Shown: positions 18,457-26,540 of the stretch, piece by piece | Numbering within the stretch: position 1 is the first letter of the stretch | Layout: each line of letters starts with the position of its first letter | From: a virus | Lineage: Duplodnaviria > Heunggongvirae > Uroviricota > Caudoviricetes | Length of the DNA: 32,372 nucleotides | IMG/VR virus record: IMGVR_UViG_2703718827_000001 | Coordinates: 1-32,372 of that record | Direction: 5' to 3' (one strand) | Translations under genes and position numbers: made by a program | Notes under the pieces: generated by a model | Told to the model about the DNA's origin: nothing | Database searches by the model: none | The model's input: only the letters and a program-made list of their open reading frames with translations

Positions 18457-18971
18457 TACGCCCCCTGAGACAGTGAATCCATCAGGTCTGAAATCGAATC
18501 AACTACGTGCTCAGTTTTTACCTGCTCACGGAATGCCTGGACGTCGATATGCTTACCAATCAGTTCGAGGTTCTTAACCTTATCAGGCCACTTAATCTTC
18601 TTGAGCAGTGCGGCGGTGTTTCCCTCGGCTGACATCTCGACGACATCCAGCCCGGATAATGTCGTCCTCCAGACCTTCGGCCACTGAGACACCGGCTTCA
18701 ACTCTCCGGTCGAGGTCAGGATATCCAGCACGTCCATCTGGTCAATCTCAACGAGACGATTCAGGACGTATGTCGCATTTATACCAACCAGATCATTGCG
18801 TTGCGATTTAAGTTCGGCAATTCTGGACTGGATGTCAGGTTTTGACAGGTTTTCGGACGCGGTGCGGTTAGCTGTCTTTGCGCTGTACCCCGCCCGAATA
18901 GCCGCTTGCGTGGCGTTTAAATCGATGAGGTACTCGCGACAGAACATTTCTTGCTTGTCGGTGAGTGCCAT
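18456..18971 (-). CDS. terS: Terminase small subunit
   Basis: 171 aa; N-terminus MALTDKQEMFCREYLIDLNATQAAIRAGYS matches the conserved Terminase_2-type small-subunit HTH. Confidence 0.8.
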   Translation of the reverse strand: MALTDKQEMFCREYLIDLNATQAAIRAGYSAKTANRTASENLSKPDIQSRIAELKSQRNDLVGINATYVLNRLVEIDQMDVLDILTSTGELKPVSQWPKVWRTTLSGLDVVEMSAEGNTAALLKKIKWPDKVKNLELIGKHIDVQAFREQVKTEHVVDSISDLMDSLSQGA

Positions 18972-18998
18972 GTTTATTCCAAGTTAAAAGGAGTTTAT

Positions 18999-19334
18999 AT
19001 GTCTACAGAATCACTTCTTGATGCGATGCTAAAACATGATCGTTTTCATAATCAAAATGCGATGGTTCCAGGAATAGCCCAAAGAGCAGTTGATAATGGG
19101 TACGACAGCCTAACCGCAAAGCAACAGGCTGTTTTAGACCCTTTCTTAACCGAGAAATGTGATGGAGTAACCAACCCTGGAGGACATCATAACGACTGCC
19201 AAGTCATCCTTGAGGGTGACGATCTCGAAAGTGCTATTGAAAATGAAATGTATTATGGAGGGCTGCTATGCCCTTCATGCGTCGACGAGAAGGAGCATTA
19301 CAAGGCTGAATGGGAAAGAATTCAGCGCGAGTAA
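18999..19334 (+). CDS. Cys-rich small protein (moron), divergent from terS
   Basis: Start at the ATG preceded by AAAAGGAG (strong Shine-Dalgarno); 111 aa with CDG...HHNDC...CPSC motifs suggesting metal binding; plus strand, opposite to the backbone. Confidence 0.5.
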   Translation: MSTESLLDAMLKHDRFHNQNAMVPGIAQRAVDNGYDSLTAKQQAVLDPFLTEKCDGVTNPGGHHNDCQVILEGDDLESAIENEMYYGGLLCPSCVDEKEHYKAEWERIQRE

Positions 19335-19393
19335 TTCATAACCATTTTTATATTTGGCGGCCTGACCTATCAGCGTGGTCGCCTCTGTTTCGG

Positions 19394-19609
19394 CTAATCT
19401 GCCATCTCGTTTAACAGTTCGGTCTGCTCTTCCGGTACTGGCGTGAACTCCACGCGCTTTACATCGGCAGGAGCGAAATATAGCCATTGGCCCGTTTCTG
19501 TCGCCAGCGGCACAAAACCGTTAACCAGCTCAGGCTGACATCGAGGCATCTTGCCCGTAACGGCCTGTCTTGCCTGGCTGGTGGGAGTGATTTGATAGAT
19601 AGAGGTCAT
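19394..19609 (-). CDS. Hypothetical protein (71 aa)
   Basis: ORF on the backbone strand between the lysis cassette and terminase; no recognisable motif. Confidence 0.35.
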   Translation of the reverse strand: MTSIYQITPTSQARQAVTGKMPRCQPELVNGFVPLATETGQWLYFAPADVKRVEFTPVPEEQTELLNEMAD

Positions 19610-19672
19610 ATCAGAGACTCATAATTGTGTGTTTAAATGTTTTTCAAAAATACATTCAGATAAGGAAAAGAG

Positions 19673-20254
19673 ATGAATCCTGTAATTTTTATGAAAATCT
19701 TCGGTGAGGTGGATATCTCAAAGTTTTTTATTTCCATTGACCAAAATGAAGATGAACTTGGCTCGGTTTTAAGAGTTCATCTTTTGTCTGAGCGGCTACT
19801 TGATGCATGGATAGCGGCCCATATAAATAAAGAAGATTTGTTTCAAAATTCACCGGGCGAGAAAATAAAGTTCAATCCGAGCTATGGGATGAAACTTGGA
19901 CTCGCAAAGAAGTTAGGAATGCACGCTGAGTTATGTTCTTGCCTGCAAACTATTAACAAAATAAGAAATAACTTTGCTCATCGCTATGATTGCGAACCCC
20001 TAACAGATAAAGACATGCAAGCGATGGAAAATGCACTCAAAGGCGCTCCTCTACCTGCGAAAGTCAGAGCCGTCAGTGAAATTGATTTCAAGATTATTGA
20101 TATCACTGGTAAGGAAATTAAAAGCTACCATTTCAATGATGAAGAAACGCCAAATCGAATCCGCCTGCTTATTATTTTCGCCAGCATAATGGCAAGAATC
20201 ATCACTGTGGTAGTGGATAAACTTAAGACAATTGACCCCTTAGTCTTCAAATAA
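19673..20254 (+). CDS. HEPN-motif protein (candidate abortive-infection / RNase-type defence moron)
   Basis: 193 aa; R-x4-H motif (IRNNFAHRYD, R98 to H103) in a predicted helical context, matching the HEPN Rx4-6H signature; AAGGA RBS; AT-rich; transcribed opposite to the flanking late genes. Confidence 0.55.
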   Translation: MNPVIFMKIFGEVDISKFFISIDQNEDELGSVLRVHLLSERLLDAWIAAHINKEDLFQNSPGEKIKFNPSYGMKLGLAKKLGMHAELCSCLQTINKIRNNFAHRYDCEPLTDKDMQAMENALKGAPLPAKVRAVSEIDFKIIDITGKEIKSYHFNDEETPNRIRLLIIFASIMARIITVVVDKLKTIDPLVFK

Positions 20255-20319
20255 CAATCTGGGATATAAACCCCAGACTTTCTATGCTTAAAGTCCAGAA
20301 GAGAGACTGTGCCAGAACC

Positions 20320-20547
20320 TCAGGGATGAGGTTCTATTCTGGCGCAGTTCGCCTGCACCGATTTGTTGTGCGCCAGCACGTCTTTCTTCGTCTGGCGATC
20401 CATCACTTCGATGTCGTGCTCAGTGAGGCGGATGACGTTTACCCAGTCACAGCCGGTGTCGATGACCTCAATCTTTGCGGGTCCAGTTTGCGCGCAGCTC
20501 GCGATCAACATCGTCATCAGGCATATGGCTAACTGTCTGCTGAACAT
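20320..20547 (-). CDS. o-spanin (Rz1-like outer-membrane lipoprotein)
   Basis: 75 aa; signal peptide with lipobox LIASC; starts inside the 3' end of the i-spanin gene in another frame (overlapped spanin architecture). Confidence 0.6.
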   Translation of the reverse strand: MFSRQLAICLMTMLIASCAQTGPAKIEVIDTGCDWVNVIRLTEHDIEVMDRQTKKDVLAHNKSVQANCARIEPHP

Positions 20548-20740
20548 TGCTGGCCTCCTTGGTTACTTCAACGCGGCGTTCTGCAGCTGCTTTGGTGGCT
20601 GCTGCGTTATCGTCGGTTCGCTGCTTATCGGCTTTGTCTTCTGCCCTCTCCCGTCCACGCATGCTGCCCAGGCCAAAAGCGCCCAGCACCACCAGCACAA
20701 CAGTGACGATAAACGCCAGGATGGCTTTCAGTTTGGTCAT
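20468..20740 (-). CDS. i-spanin (Rz-like)
   Basis: 90 aa; N-terminal transmembrane segment (ILAFIVTVVLVVLGAFGLG) followed by a charged periplasmic region; directly downstream of the endolysin. Confidence 0.6.
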   Translation of the reverse strand: MTKLKAILAFIVTVVLVVLGAFGLGSMRGRERAEDKADKQRTDDNAAATKAAAERRVEVTKEASNVQQTVSHMPDDDVDRELRANWTRKD

Positions 20741-21279
20741 AGGCTCACGCGCTCCCGGATCCAGCCATACACGAATGACTCGTTTTGCTGGCGCTGCTCT
20801 GCCAGTTCGAGATAACGCTGCCCTTGGCTGCAGTTAAGCGAGCGAAGCAATACGGTCTCCCCTTCACTACCACGCTTCGCCAGGTAAGACTTCAGCGCGC
20901 TGATGCTGCGCGGGCCAATCTGGCCGTCGGCGATCAGGTCGGGATAGAACTGCTGCTGGTTGTTGAATACGTTCAGCCAGCGCTGGAACCACTTCACCTG
21001 TACCGATGGCCCCATGTTCACGCCGGTGTCGCAGAGTTCAGCGGCAATTGCAGGGGATAAAGACGCCACCTGGTCGAAGCGTGGGCCATACCAGTAATCA
21101 GCCTCGAGGATTTCCAGAGCCTGCTCGCGGGTCAGGTCTCGCATGTCACCGCTATAACCATGGGCGCGGGCCGTTGCCTGAGTAATCCCCCAGTTCGTCG
21201 GGCCGCCTTTATCGTTCGGGTGATTAACGTAACCTCCCTCTTTTCCGAGGATGGCATTGAAGATGTCGTCTTTGGTCAT
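20737..21279 (-). CDS. Endolysin, glycoside hydrolase family 108-type with C-terminal peptidoglycan-binding region
   Basis: Start at MTKDD (ATG overlapping the upstream holin stop as ATGA); motif ILGKEGGYVNHPNDKGGPTNWGIT is characteristic of GH108 lysozymes. Confidence 0.75.
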   Translation of the reverse strand: MTKDDIFNAILGKEGGYVNHPNDKGGPTNWGITQATARAHGYSGDMRDLTREQALEILEADYWYGPRFDQVASLSPAIAAELCDTGVNMGPSVQVKWFQRWLNVFNNQQQFYPDLIADGQIGPRSISALKSYLAKRGSEGETVLLRSLNCSQGQRYLELAEQRQQNESFVYGWIRERVSL

Positions 21280-21557
21280 TGCCCGGCCTTCTGGAATACT
21301 TTGGCGAGATTGCCACGGGAGCGCCACACCGCAACGCATATGGCGACGTTCAGCATCAGCTCTCCCGGATCCACCTGCAGGTATTTGCCATAGAGAATGC
21401 GGAATGAGGTGAATCCGGCGGCCAGAATCATCAGGTACGCCATCCACGCAACAGCCGGACGGTGTCGCTTCCCACTCTTACTGAAGAACATCAGCCGGAC
21501 GGCGATAAGCGCGCAGATAATGGCGTTTACATCAAGAACGATGGCTTGCCATGTCAT
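21276..21557 (-). CDS. Holin-like membrane protein (holin or antiholin)
   Basis: 93 aa with two or three hydrophobic helices; immediately upstream of the endolysin with 4 nt overlaps on both sides. Confidence 0.6.
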   Translation of the reverse strand: MTWQAIVLDVNAIICALIAVRLMFFSKSGKRHRPAVAWMAYLMILAAGFTSFRILYGKYLQVDPGELMLNVAICVAVWRSRGNLAKVFQKAGQ

Positions 21558-21952
21558 TTACCTTCCTCCTCCAGTCCCGGCATTTTCCCCCGTTTTGATT
21601 TGGCGAGGATGCGTAACAGGACTGCGACAGAGATGGAAGCGGAAACCAGCGCGCCAATATTCGGGGATACTTCGATGCTGACCGGCGGCTGCAACAGGCC
21701 AAGGGCGGTGTTAATCACCCCGGCCAGTATCTTCGCCATTGGCACCGAGAAGAACACCCCGCCGACAAAGCTGATGACGGCGAACAGGAATTGCTTCCAC
21801 AGTTGGTGTGGATCGGATGTCAGAACGTACATTGCTGCGCCAGCCAGCGCGCACAGCATTACGCCGGGCGTTGCCTCGGGGAACAGAGATGCGAACGTCA
21901 CTCCGATTGTTGCGGACGTTACACCGCCAGCAATGGTTAGAGGTTCAGACAT
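21554..21952 (-). CDS. Holin
   Basis: 132 aa, multiple transmembrane helices, charged C-terminus (KSKRGKMPGLEEEGK); first gene of the lysis cassette. Confidence 0.6.
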   Translation of the reverse strand: MSEPLTIAGGVTSATIGVTFASLFPEATPGVMLCALAGAAMYVLTSDPHQLWKQFLFAVISFVGGVFFSVPMAKILAGVINTALGLLQPPVSIEVSPNIGALVSASISVAVLLRILAKSKRGKMPGLEEEGK

Positions 21953-22027
21953 AGGTGGTCCATGTGTAGAGAAGGCCGTCAGACACGAGGGCTACGTGGC
22001 ATCTGAGGGTGATTGTCTGCGGCCTGA

Positions 22028-22053
22028 ATAAAAAAGGCGGGTTCTGGTCCGCC
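22028..22053 (-). terminator. Intrinsic terminator in the late leader region
   Basis: Minus-strand hairpin GGCGG-ACCAGAAC-CCGCC followed by TTTTTTATT. Confidence 0.5.
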
Positions 22054-22115
22054 AAGATGAGGGTCTTACTTGAGCCGTAGCTCTTATGGTCCCAGGTAGG
22101 GGTATTCCAGATACG

Positions 22116-22150
22116 AAAAAGCCCAAGGCGTTAACCTCGGGCTCTTTTGT
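22116..22150. terminator. Bidirectional intrinsic terminator (tR'-like) between the Q-position gene and the lysis genes
   Basis: 9 bp stem with one mismatch (AGCCCAAGG/CCTCGGGCT), 6 nt loop; followed by T-runs on both strands. Confidence 0.5.
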
Positions 22151-22212
22151 GTAATTCAGTCGACAACCAAAGCTATGGCGACGATATCAGATTTACGCTA
22201 AATGTATGCTAT

Positions 22213-22902
22213 TTAATTGACTTTTGCAACACCCTGCTGCGAAAAAGCTGCTTTTTGTTGTGATCGTGTTCTCACTGCTCGCAGTAAAGCATCACTATCA
22301 AGTCGCTCAAATATGGCACACATGGCATTCCAGTAGTCGGCGTAGTTATGGCTCCAGTTATCCGGTTTCACCCCGCATAGCTCAGCAAGTTCCTGCTTCT
22401 GGTATGTTTCCCGCCCGGCCAGCTCAGCTTTAACATCCTGCGCCGCCAGCCAGATTAACGCCTTCAGCCTGTCCATGGTCTTGCCGGCCACCTTCCGGGT
22501 TCCCAGTTGCTCCCTGAACTGGGCCCATGCCCACTGAGTGATCGCCACCTGGTACTCGAAGCGGATATTCTCGCTGTAGTTCCACAGTAGCCATGCCTTC
22601 TGATGGTCTTCCAGCGACAGGACAGCGCGGCGCCAGGATGCGGTCACGAACTCAACCGGCCCCACCAGTGCGATGGATGATCCCTTTGCGCGGGACTGGC
22701 TGCCGCTCATCGCCGGGCCGTCCCGGTTAACTTTACGGCCGGTGATCGGGTCGGTGATTTTCTTCCTCCCCCGGCTGCGCGCCGTCGCGGTGAATTGTGC
22801 GTTCTCAGCGAAAGCTACCAGTTGCCCTTTCGTCTCCCCACTCAAATCTGCAGTCGCCACAATGAGCTGCTGACGTACGTATTCCAGTTGCTGACTGTTC
22901 AT
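22213..22902 (-). CDS. Putative late-gene antiterminator (Q-position protein)
   Basis: 229 aa ORF located between the nin-like genes and the terminator-containing leader upstream of the lysis cassette; call is positional, family not confirmed. Confidence 0.4.
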   Translation of the reverse strand: MNSQQLEYVRQQLIVATADLSGETKGQLVAFAENAQFTATARSRGRKKITDPITGRKVNRDGPAMSGSQSRAKGSSIALVGPVEFVTASWRRAVLSLEDHQKAWLLWNYSENIRFEYQVAITQWAWAQFREQLGTRKVAGKTMDRLKALIWLAAQDVKAELAGRETYQKQELAELCGVKPDNWSHNYADYWNAMCAIFERLDSDALLRAVRTRSQQKAAFSQQGVAKVN

Positions 22903-23011
22903 GCGGCTTCCTTATGTGACTGGTTGGTTTTGGTCTGGCTGTGCTTTGCTACTGGCGGCAGGCTGGCACGCTTAACGCTTTCTGCCTGGTACCGGAGGAA
23001 ATCGGCGTGGT

Positions 23012-23653
23012 TCATGCTGACTCCTTCTGCTTTGGTCCGCGATATTCACCATACAGAGGTGTTCTTCCTCTTGGCCTGGTATGCCTGTGGGTTACCTTGG
23101 GAGAAAAAAGCGCATCCTCTACATTCATTCCATTTTTTAGTCGACGCTTAATGGATGTTTCTGATACTGAAACGCGAGGGTCCCTTGACCATTCTGTGGC
23201 GGTTTTCGTTTCGCCATTGAAAGTTATGGCTGTGCGTCCTTTTTTTGTGTGCTCAGGGATATGCACTCGAGATCGCATGACATTACACGCTCGGCAAAGC
23301 ACCCTAAGATTTGAGTCCGCATTGTTATCTACAACCTCATCAATGTGATCAATATGCGCGGTTTTCCATGCGACCTTCTTGCCGCATTTTTCGCATGGTG
23401 GAAGTGTTTCTCCATAGCGGTCGTAAACAACTTTTCGGTGCTCATAAACGCAACCATTCGCCATTGATAGTGGGTGATCAGGAATTTTGAGCATTTGATA
23501 TCCCTTCGCATTTTTATGCCTGAATTTCCCTTTACCGTTTTTTGTGAGTTCGTAGGTCCCGTAGCGCATCATTCGGAAGTAGTGCATTTGACAGATACCC
23601 TTTCCTGGGTAGTGTTTGCATTCACGCTCACAACCTTCAACTTTGCATTTCAT
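23012..23653 (-). CDS. HNH endonuclease with N-terminal zinc finger and C-terminal AP2-like DNA-binding region
   Basis: 213 aa; Cys cluster at the N-terminus; HNH core (HIDHIDEVVDNNADSNLRVLCRACN); C-terminal TAITFNGETKTATEWSRDPRVSVSETSIKRRLKNGM resembles AP2-type domains. Confidence 0.75.
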   Translation of the reverse strand: MKCKVEGCERECKHYPGKGICQMHYFRMMRYGTYELTKNGKGKFRHKNAKGYQMLKIPDHPLSMANGCVYEHRKVVYDRYGETLPPCEKCGKKVAWKTAHIDHIDEVVDNNADSNLRVLCRACNVMRSRVHIPEHTKKGRTAITFNGETKTATEWSRDPRVSVSETSIKRRLKNGMNVEDALFSPKVTHRHTRPRGRTPLYGEYRGPKQKESA

Positions 23654-24297
23654 GCTGCACTCTCCTGTAATTTTTGACGGCGCTTCATCAGTGCATTGGC
23701 CCTGCGGGAAAAAATTGCTTTCACGCGCTTCAGGTAGGTAACGTCAAACCGGCGTGGGGCATTGTCAGCTTCGAGCCGCTCTACGCGCTTAAGGCCAATG
23801 CGATCAACCAGGCGGATCCGGTACTCGACAGCATTACCGCTCAACTGCCGGTTACAGCGTGTGCAAGCGGAGTGGACGTTAAACACGTTGAATTTGAGGT
23901 GTGAGGCAGCGCCGCGTGAACGGTAATGGCTGGCATCAATGGCGCTGCCAGTCAGGTAATAGCTTTTGCCGATGAGTGGATTGCCGCAACTGACACATGG
24001 CTTACCTTCATCGCGGACCCGGATGTAGCGATTGAAAGCTGATTGAGCCTCTTTATCCCACTGGGATTTAGACTTGAGTGACTCGCGCTTGGCCTTGCGG
24101 CGTTTGCGACCGGCCTTCTCGGCTTCCTTCTGCTCTTTGATGCGCTTAGCCGCGGCTTTCACCTTCTCCTTTTCGCGCTCCTCCAGTGCGAGGATTGTGC
24201 CGTGCTCCGGGCAGCACCAGCGGATCCGGATGTCGTGGAATTTCGGCACGAAGTATTCACCGCATACTTTGCACTTACGGCGGGATGGCTTACGCAC
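23650..24297 (-). CDS. ninG: NinG / Rap-like recombination protein
   Basis: 215 aa; recognisable similarity to lambda NinG, including conserved Cys clusters and a Lys/Arg/Glu-rich linker; GTG start. Confidence 0.8.
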   Translation of the reverse strand: MRKPSRRKCKVCGEYFVPKFHDIRIRWCCPEHGTILALEEREKEKVKAAAKRIKEQKEAEKAGRKRRKAKRESLKSKSQWDKEAQSAFNRYIRVRDEGKPCVSCGNPLIGKSYYLTGSAIDASHYRSRGAASHLKFNVFNVHSACTRCNRQLSGNAVEYRIRLVDRIGLKRVERLEADNAPRRFDVTYLKRVKAIFSRRANALMKRRQKLQESAA

Positions 24298-24460
24298 GTT
24301 TCCTCCTCGCCGCGAGACGCAGCCATTTCTGATCTACCAGGCGGGCGGTGTAGCCTTTCATAGTCGGGATGTCGGAGGGCTTAATCGCGGGCTTGCGCTG
24401 GCGGCGCGCCGGAACGCGGAAGATTTCGTTTGTGATGACGCGGGAAAGTGGAGTAGACAT
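24290..24460 (-). CDS. Small nin-region ORF (56 aa)
   Basis: Hand-translated ORF (MSTPLSRVITNEIFRVPARRQRKP...) with start overlapping the NinB stop and end overlapping the NinG start; basic composition; below the ORF-track cutoff. Confidence 0.3.
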   Translation of the reverse strand: MSTPLSRVITNEIFRVPARRQRKPAIKPSDIPTMKGYTARLVDQKWLRLAARRKRA

Positions 24461-24915
24461 CAGTCCTCCTGCTTATCGCGCAGCTGCTGGTACTCGCAGC
24501 TCTGCGGGATGGTCAGGTGGCAGCCGATATTCATCGCCCAGGCTTCGACTTTGCACAGGAATATGTACATCTCGCCGGTTTCCAGCTCCGACGTATGGCG
24601 GAGGGATTGTACGGTAGTGACCTCCCCGGACACGACGTCTACCCGGTCTTTGCTTTCGTAGCCGAGATAGGTGTGCTTCATCGCGTCTTTGACCCACTCA
24701 GGCGTAGCGAAGGTCTTACCGCGGGCGATGAGGTACTCGCTGATTTCCGTGTACCACATGTGGCTGAGCGCGTTCTGCGACAAGCTGCGCTTCTCGCGCC
24801 ACGGCTTAACCTGCAGGCGGAAGCATTGCCCGGCGTCCAGCAATGGCTGAATCTGCTGGCCGATGGCCGCGAAGTTGCCGCGATGGAGCTTGATGCCGTC
24901 TACTGGAAGAGTCAT
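24460..24915 (-). CDS. ninB: NinB / Orf-family recombination mediator
   Basis: 151 aa; motif REKRSLSQNALSHMWY parallels the conserved RSLDQNRKLWA region of lambda NinB. Confidence 0.65.
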   Translation of the reverse strand: MTLPVDGIKLHRGNFAAIGQQIQPLLDAGQCFRLQVKPWREKRSLSQNALSHMWYTEISEYLIARGKTFATPEWVKDAMKHTYLGYESKDRVDVVSGEVTTVQSLRHTSELETGEMYIFLCKVEAWAMNIGCHLTIPQSCEYQQLRDKQED

Positions 24916-24995
24916 ACGGCCTCCTTAACGGAAACCGCAGAATACAGAAAATCGCAGGTGCATTTCTGCATCTGTGACAAGGTGAGAAGTTCATA

Positions 24996-25223
24996 TTGTG
25001 GTCGCATTTAAGTCCCCTTAAATGCGCAGAAGTCTTACCGTCGGGCGTTCAACTCCGACGACGGTTAAATTATGGCTGGTTGATTATGGAAAATCAACAT
25101 AAGAGAAAGGCCTTCGAAGAGGCCATTGGTGTCTTGATGCTGGTTTATAAATCTCTACCCGCCGGGATGATTCACAAAATACATTTGCAATTAGTACTTC
25201 AGGGAAGGCTGGATTTGATCTAG
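24996..25223 (+). CDS. Small plus-strand ORF (about 45-75 aa), start uncertain
   Basis: ORF with possible internal start MENQHKRKAF...; preceded by a candidate promoter (TTGTGG-N16-TTAAAT) and palindromes; AT-rich; first gene of a plus-strand islet in the nin region. Confidence 0.25.
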   Translation: MWSHLSPLKCAEVLPSGVQLRRRLNYGWLIMENQHKRKAFEEAIGVLMLVYKSLPAGMIHKIHLQLVLQGRLDLI

Positions 25224-25283
25224 CTTGTTAAACAATCCGTAGATTATGATATCGGGATAAAAAACAGAAGGGATGGCCTGGTT

Positions 25284-25721
25284 ATGAATAATGGGGTGTT
25301 TACTACCGTCATTACTGGTGTTTCAGTGTTTGTGTTGGGTCAGATATTTGTAAAATCCATGCTTGATCCTTACATTTCATTCAAGGAACATTTGGGGATG
25401 GTTTCGGCCATTCTCCTGCGTGAGCAAAATAAAATCCTTAGCATCAATGCGAAAAGCGAAGTAATAAACGAAATCAAACAGGCGTCAGCTTTGCTGTTGT
25501 CAAAATCTAATGCCATACCCTTGTATGGAATGTTGGCTACTTTACGTCTCCTTCCTCGATACAAAGATGTCCTTAAGGCCTCGTGGAATCTGAATCTTAT
25601 TGCGTCTATTTTAGAAGAAGGAAGAAACACCACCCCCAAAGAAACCTATACAACTATTTCTAATTCTCTCAATGCGGTAGGCAGTAAGTTAGGGGTGGTT
25701 GTTACATACAGACCATCTTAG
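25284..25721 (+). CDS. Membrane-anchored protein (moron), unknown function
   Basis: 145 aa; single N-terminal transmembrane helix (VFTTVITGVSVFVLGQIFV) then a predicted helical soluble domain; plus strand, AT-rich. Confidence 0.55.
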   Translation: MNNGVFTTVITGVSVFVLGQIFVKSMLDPYISFKEHLGMVSAILLREQNKILSINAKSEVINEIKQASALLLSKSNAIPLYGMLATLRLLPRYKDVLKASWNLNLIASILEEGRNTTPKETYTTISNSLNAVGSKLGVVVTYRPS

Positions 25722-25722
25722 A

Positions 25723-26340
25723 TCAGCAAATAATATCTTCCTGCTGCGGCGCTGCCGGCAGCGGCATCCAGTGGGTTGGGCTCCATGATGCTCCTGGTAT
25801 AATCCAGCCATCTATATCTGCATCCGGATGCCCAGGGCAATTTGTTGCCCACTTCATTGCATAGCCGCCAGGAGCTGATTGCCATGGCGCAGCAACTATC
25901 ACACCTGTTGATGGGCTTGGCATCCGCTTACTGCAAGCCACCCAACCGTCTGTCAACTCATCACTATTACTTACAGGTTCGGCCTGAAGCATGGCGGCGC
26001 GATAGGCGTTCCAGCCGACAGCTTTTCCGTGTTCAAACGCGCTGTCAAAGTCATCATCAATTTCCATCGCAGCGGGCACAGATACCGGCGCTGGCGGGGC
26101 GGTGTAAAGCGGCGTTACTTCTCGCAGCGGGTCGGCATAAGCATTGCCACTATCGAAGCTGACGTTGTTTTTTGCCCCGCCTCCTGACAGCAACCACGCC
26201 ACCGGCTCCGCTTCGAGCGATGCCAGCGCTATACGCGCCATCTCTTTGACAACGTCACAGTTTTTATTTCCTTCGCAATCATCCATCAAAAGCCAATCGT
26301 CATTGATTATTTCTTTAATCTTATCCCGTGAAAGTTCCAT
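25723..26340 (-). CDS. DUF551-domain protein
   Basis: 205 aa; C-terminal Trp-rich region (DGWVACSKRMP...THWMPLP) typical of DUF551 proteins common in lambdoid early regions. Confidence 0.65.
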   Translation of the reverse strand: MELSRDKIKEIINDDWLLMDDCEGNKNCDVVKEMARIALASLEAEPVAWLLSGGGAKNNVSFDSGNAYADPLREVTPLYTAPPAPVSVPAAMEIDDDFDSAFEHGKAVGWNAYRAAMLQAEPVSNSDELTDGWVACSKRMPSPSTGVIVAAPWQSAPGGYAMKWATNCPGHPDADIDGWIIPGASWSPTHWMPLPAAPQQEDIIC

Positions 26341-26540
26341 TAATTCACCGCCTTAGCTTTACGCTCTGCTTCACTAAAATCCCAGTCAACACGATGCGAT
26401 ATTTCAATTGCCGCCCTAACGGAATGCTCAATCATGATGTCGAGCTTTTGAAGTGTCATGGCCATATTTGGATTTCGAGCCAATATTTCTGCGCGAAGAA
26501 TTTGCCAGTCATTGCATGTTTCAAGTAATGAATTAGCCAT
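26340..26540 (-). CDS. Small hypothetical protein (66 aa)
   Basis: Internal Met start (MANSLLETCNDW...) of the longer track ORF; overlaps neighbours at both ends. Confidence 0.35.
   Translation of the reverse strand: MANSLLETCNDWQILRAEILARNPNMAMTLQKLDIMIEHSVRAAIEISHRVDWDFSEAERKAKAVN

Noticed and set aside
20314-20335. Perfect 9 bp hairpin (AGAACCTCA-GGGA-TGAGGTTCT) at the o-spanin stop as a terminator
   Set aside because: It overlaps the spanin stop codon and is not followed by a T-tract on either strand, so it is not a convincing intrinsic terminator, though it may still affect mRNA stability between the convergent genes.
21953-22212. Possible tRNA gene between the Q-position gene and the lysis cassette, a common tRNA site in lambdoid phages
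   Set aside because: No cloverleaf-compatible segment or T-loop-like GTTCGAATC-type motif was seen; the structured elements there are terminator hairpins.
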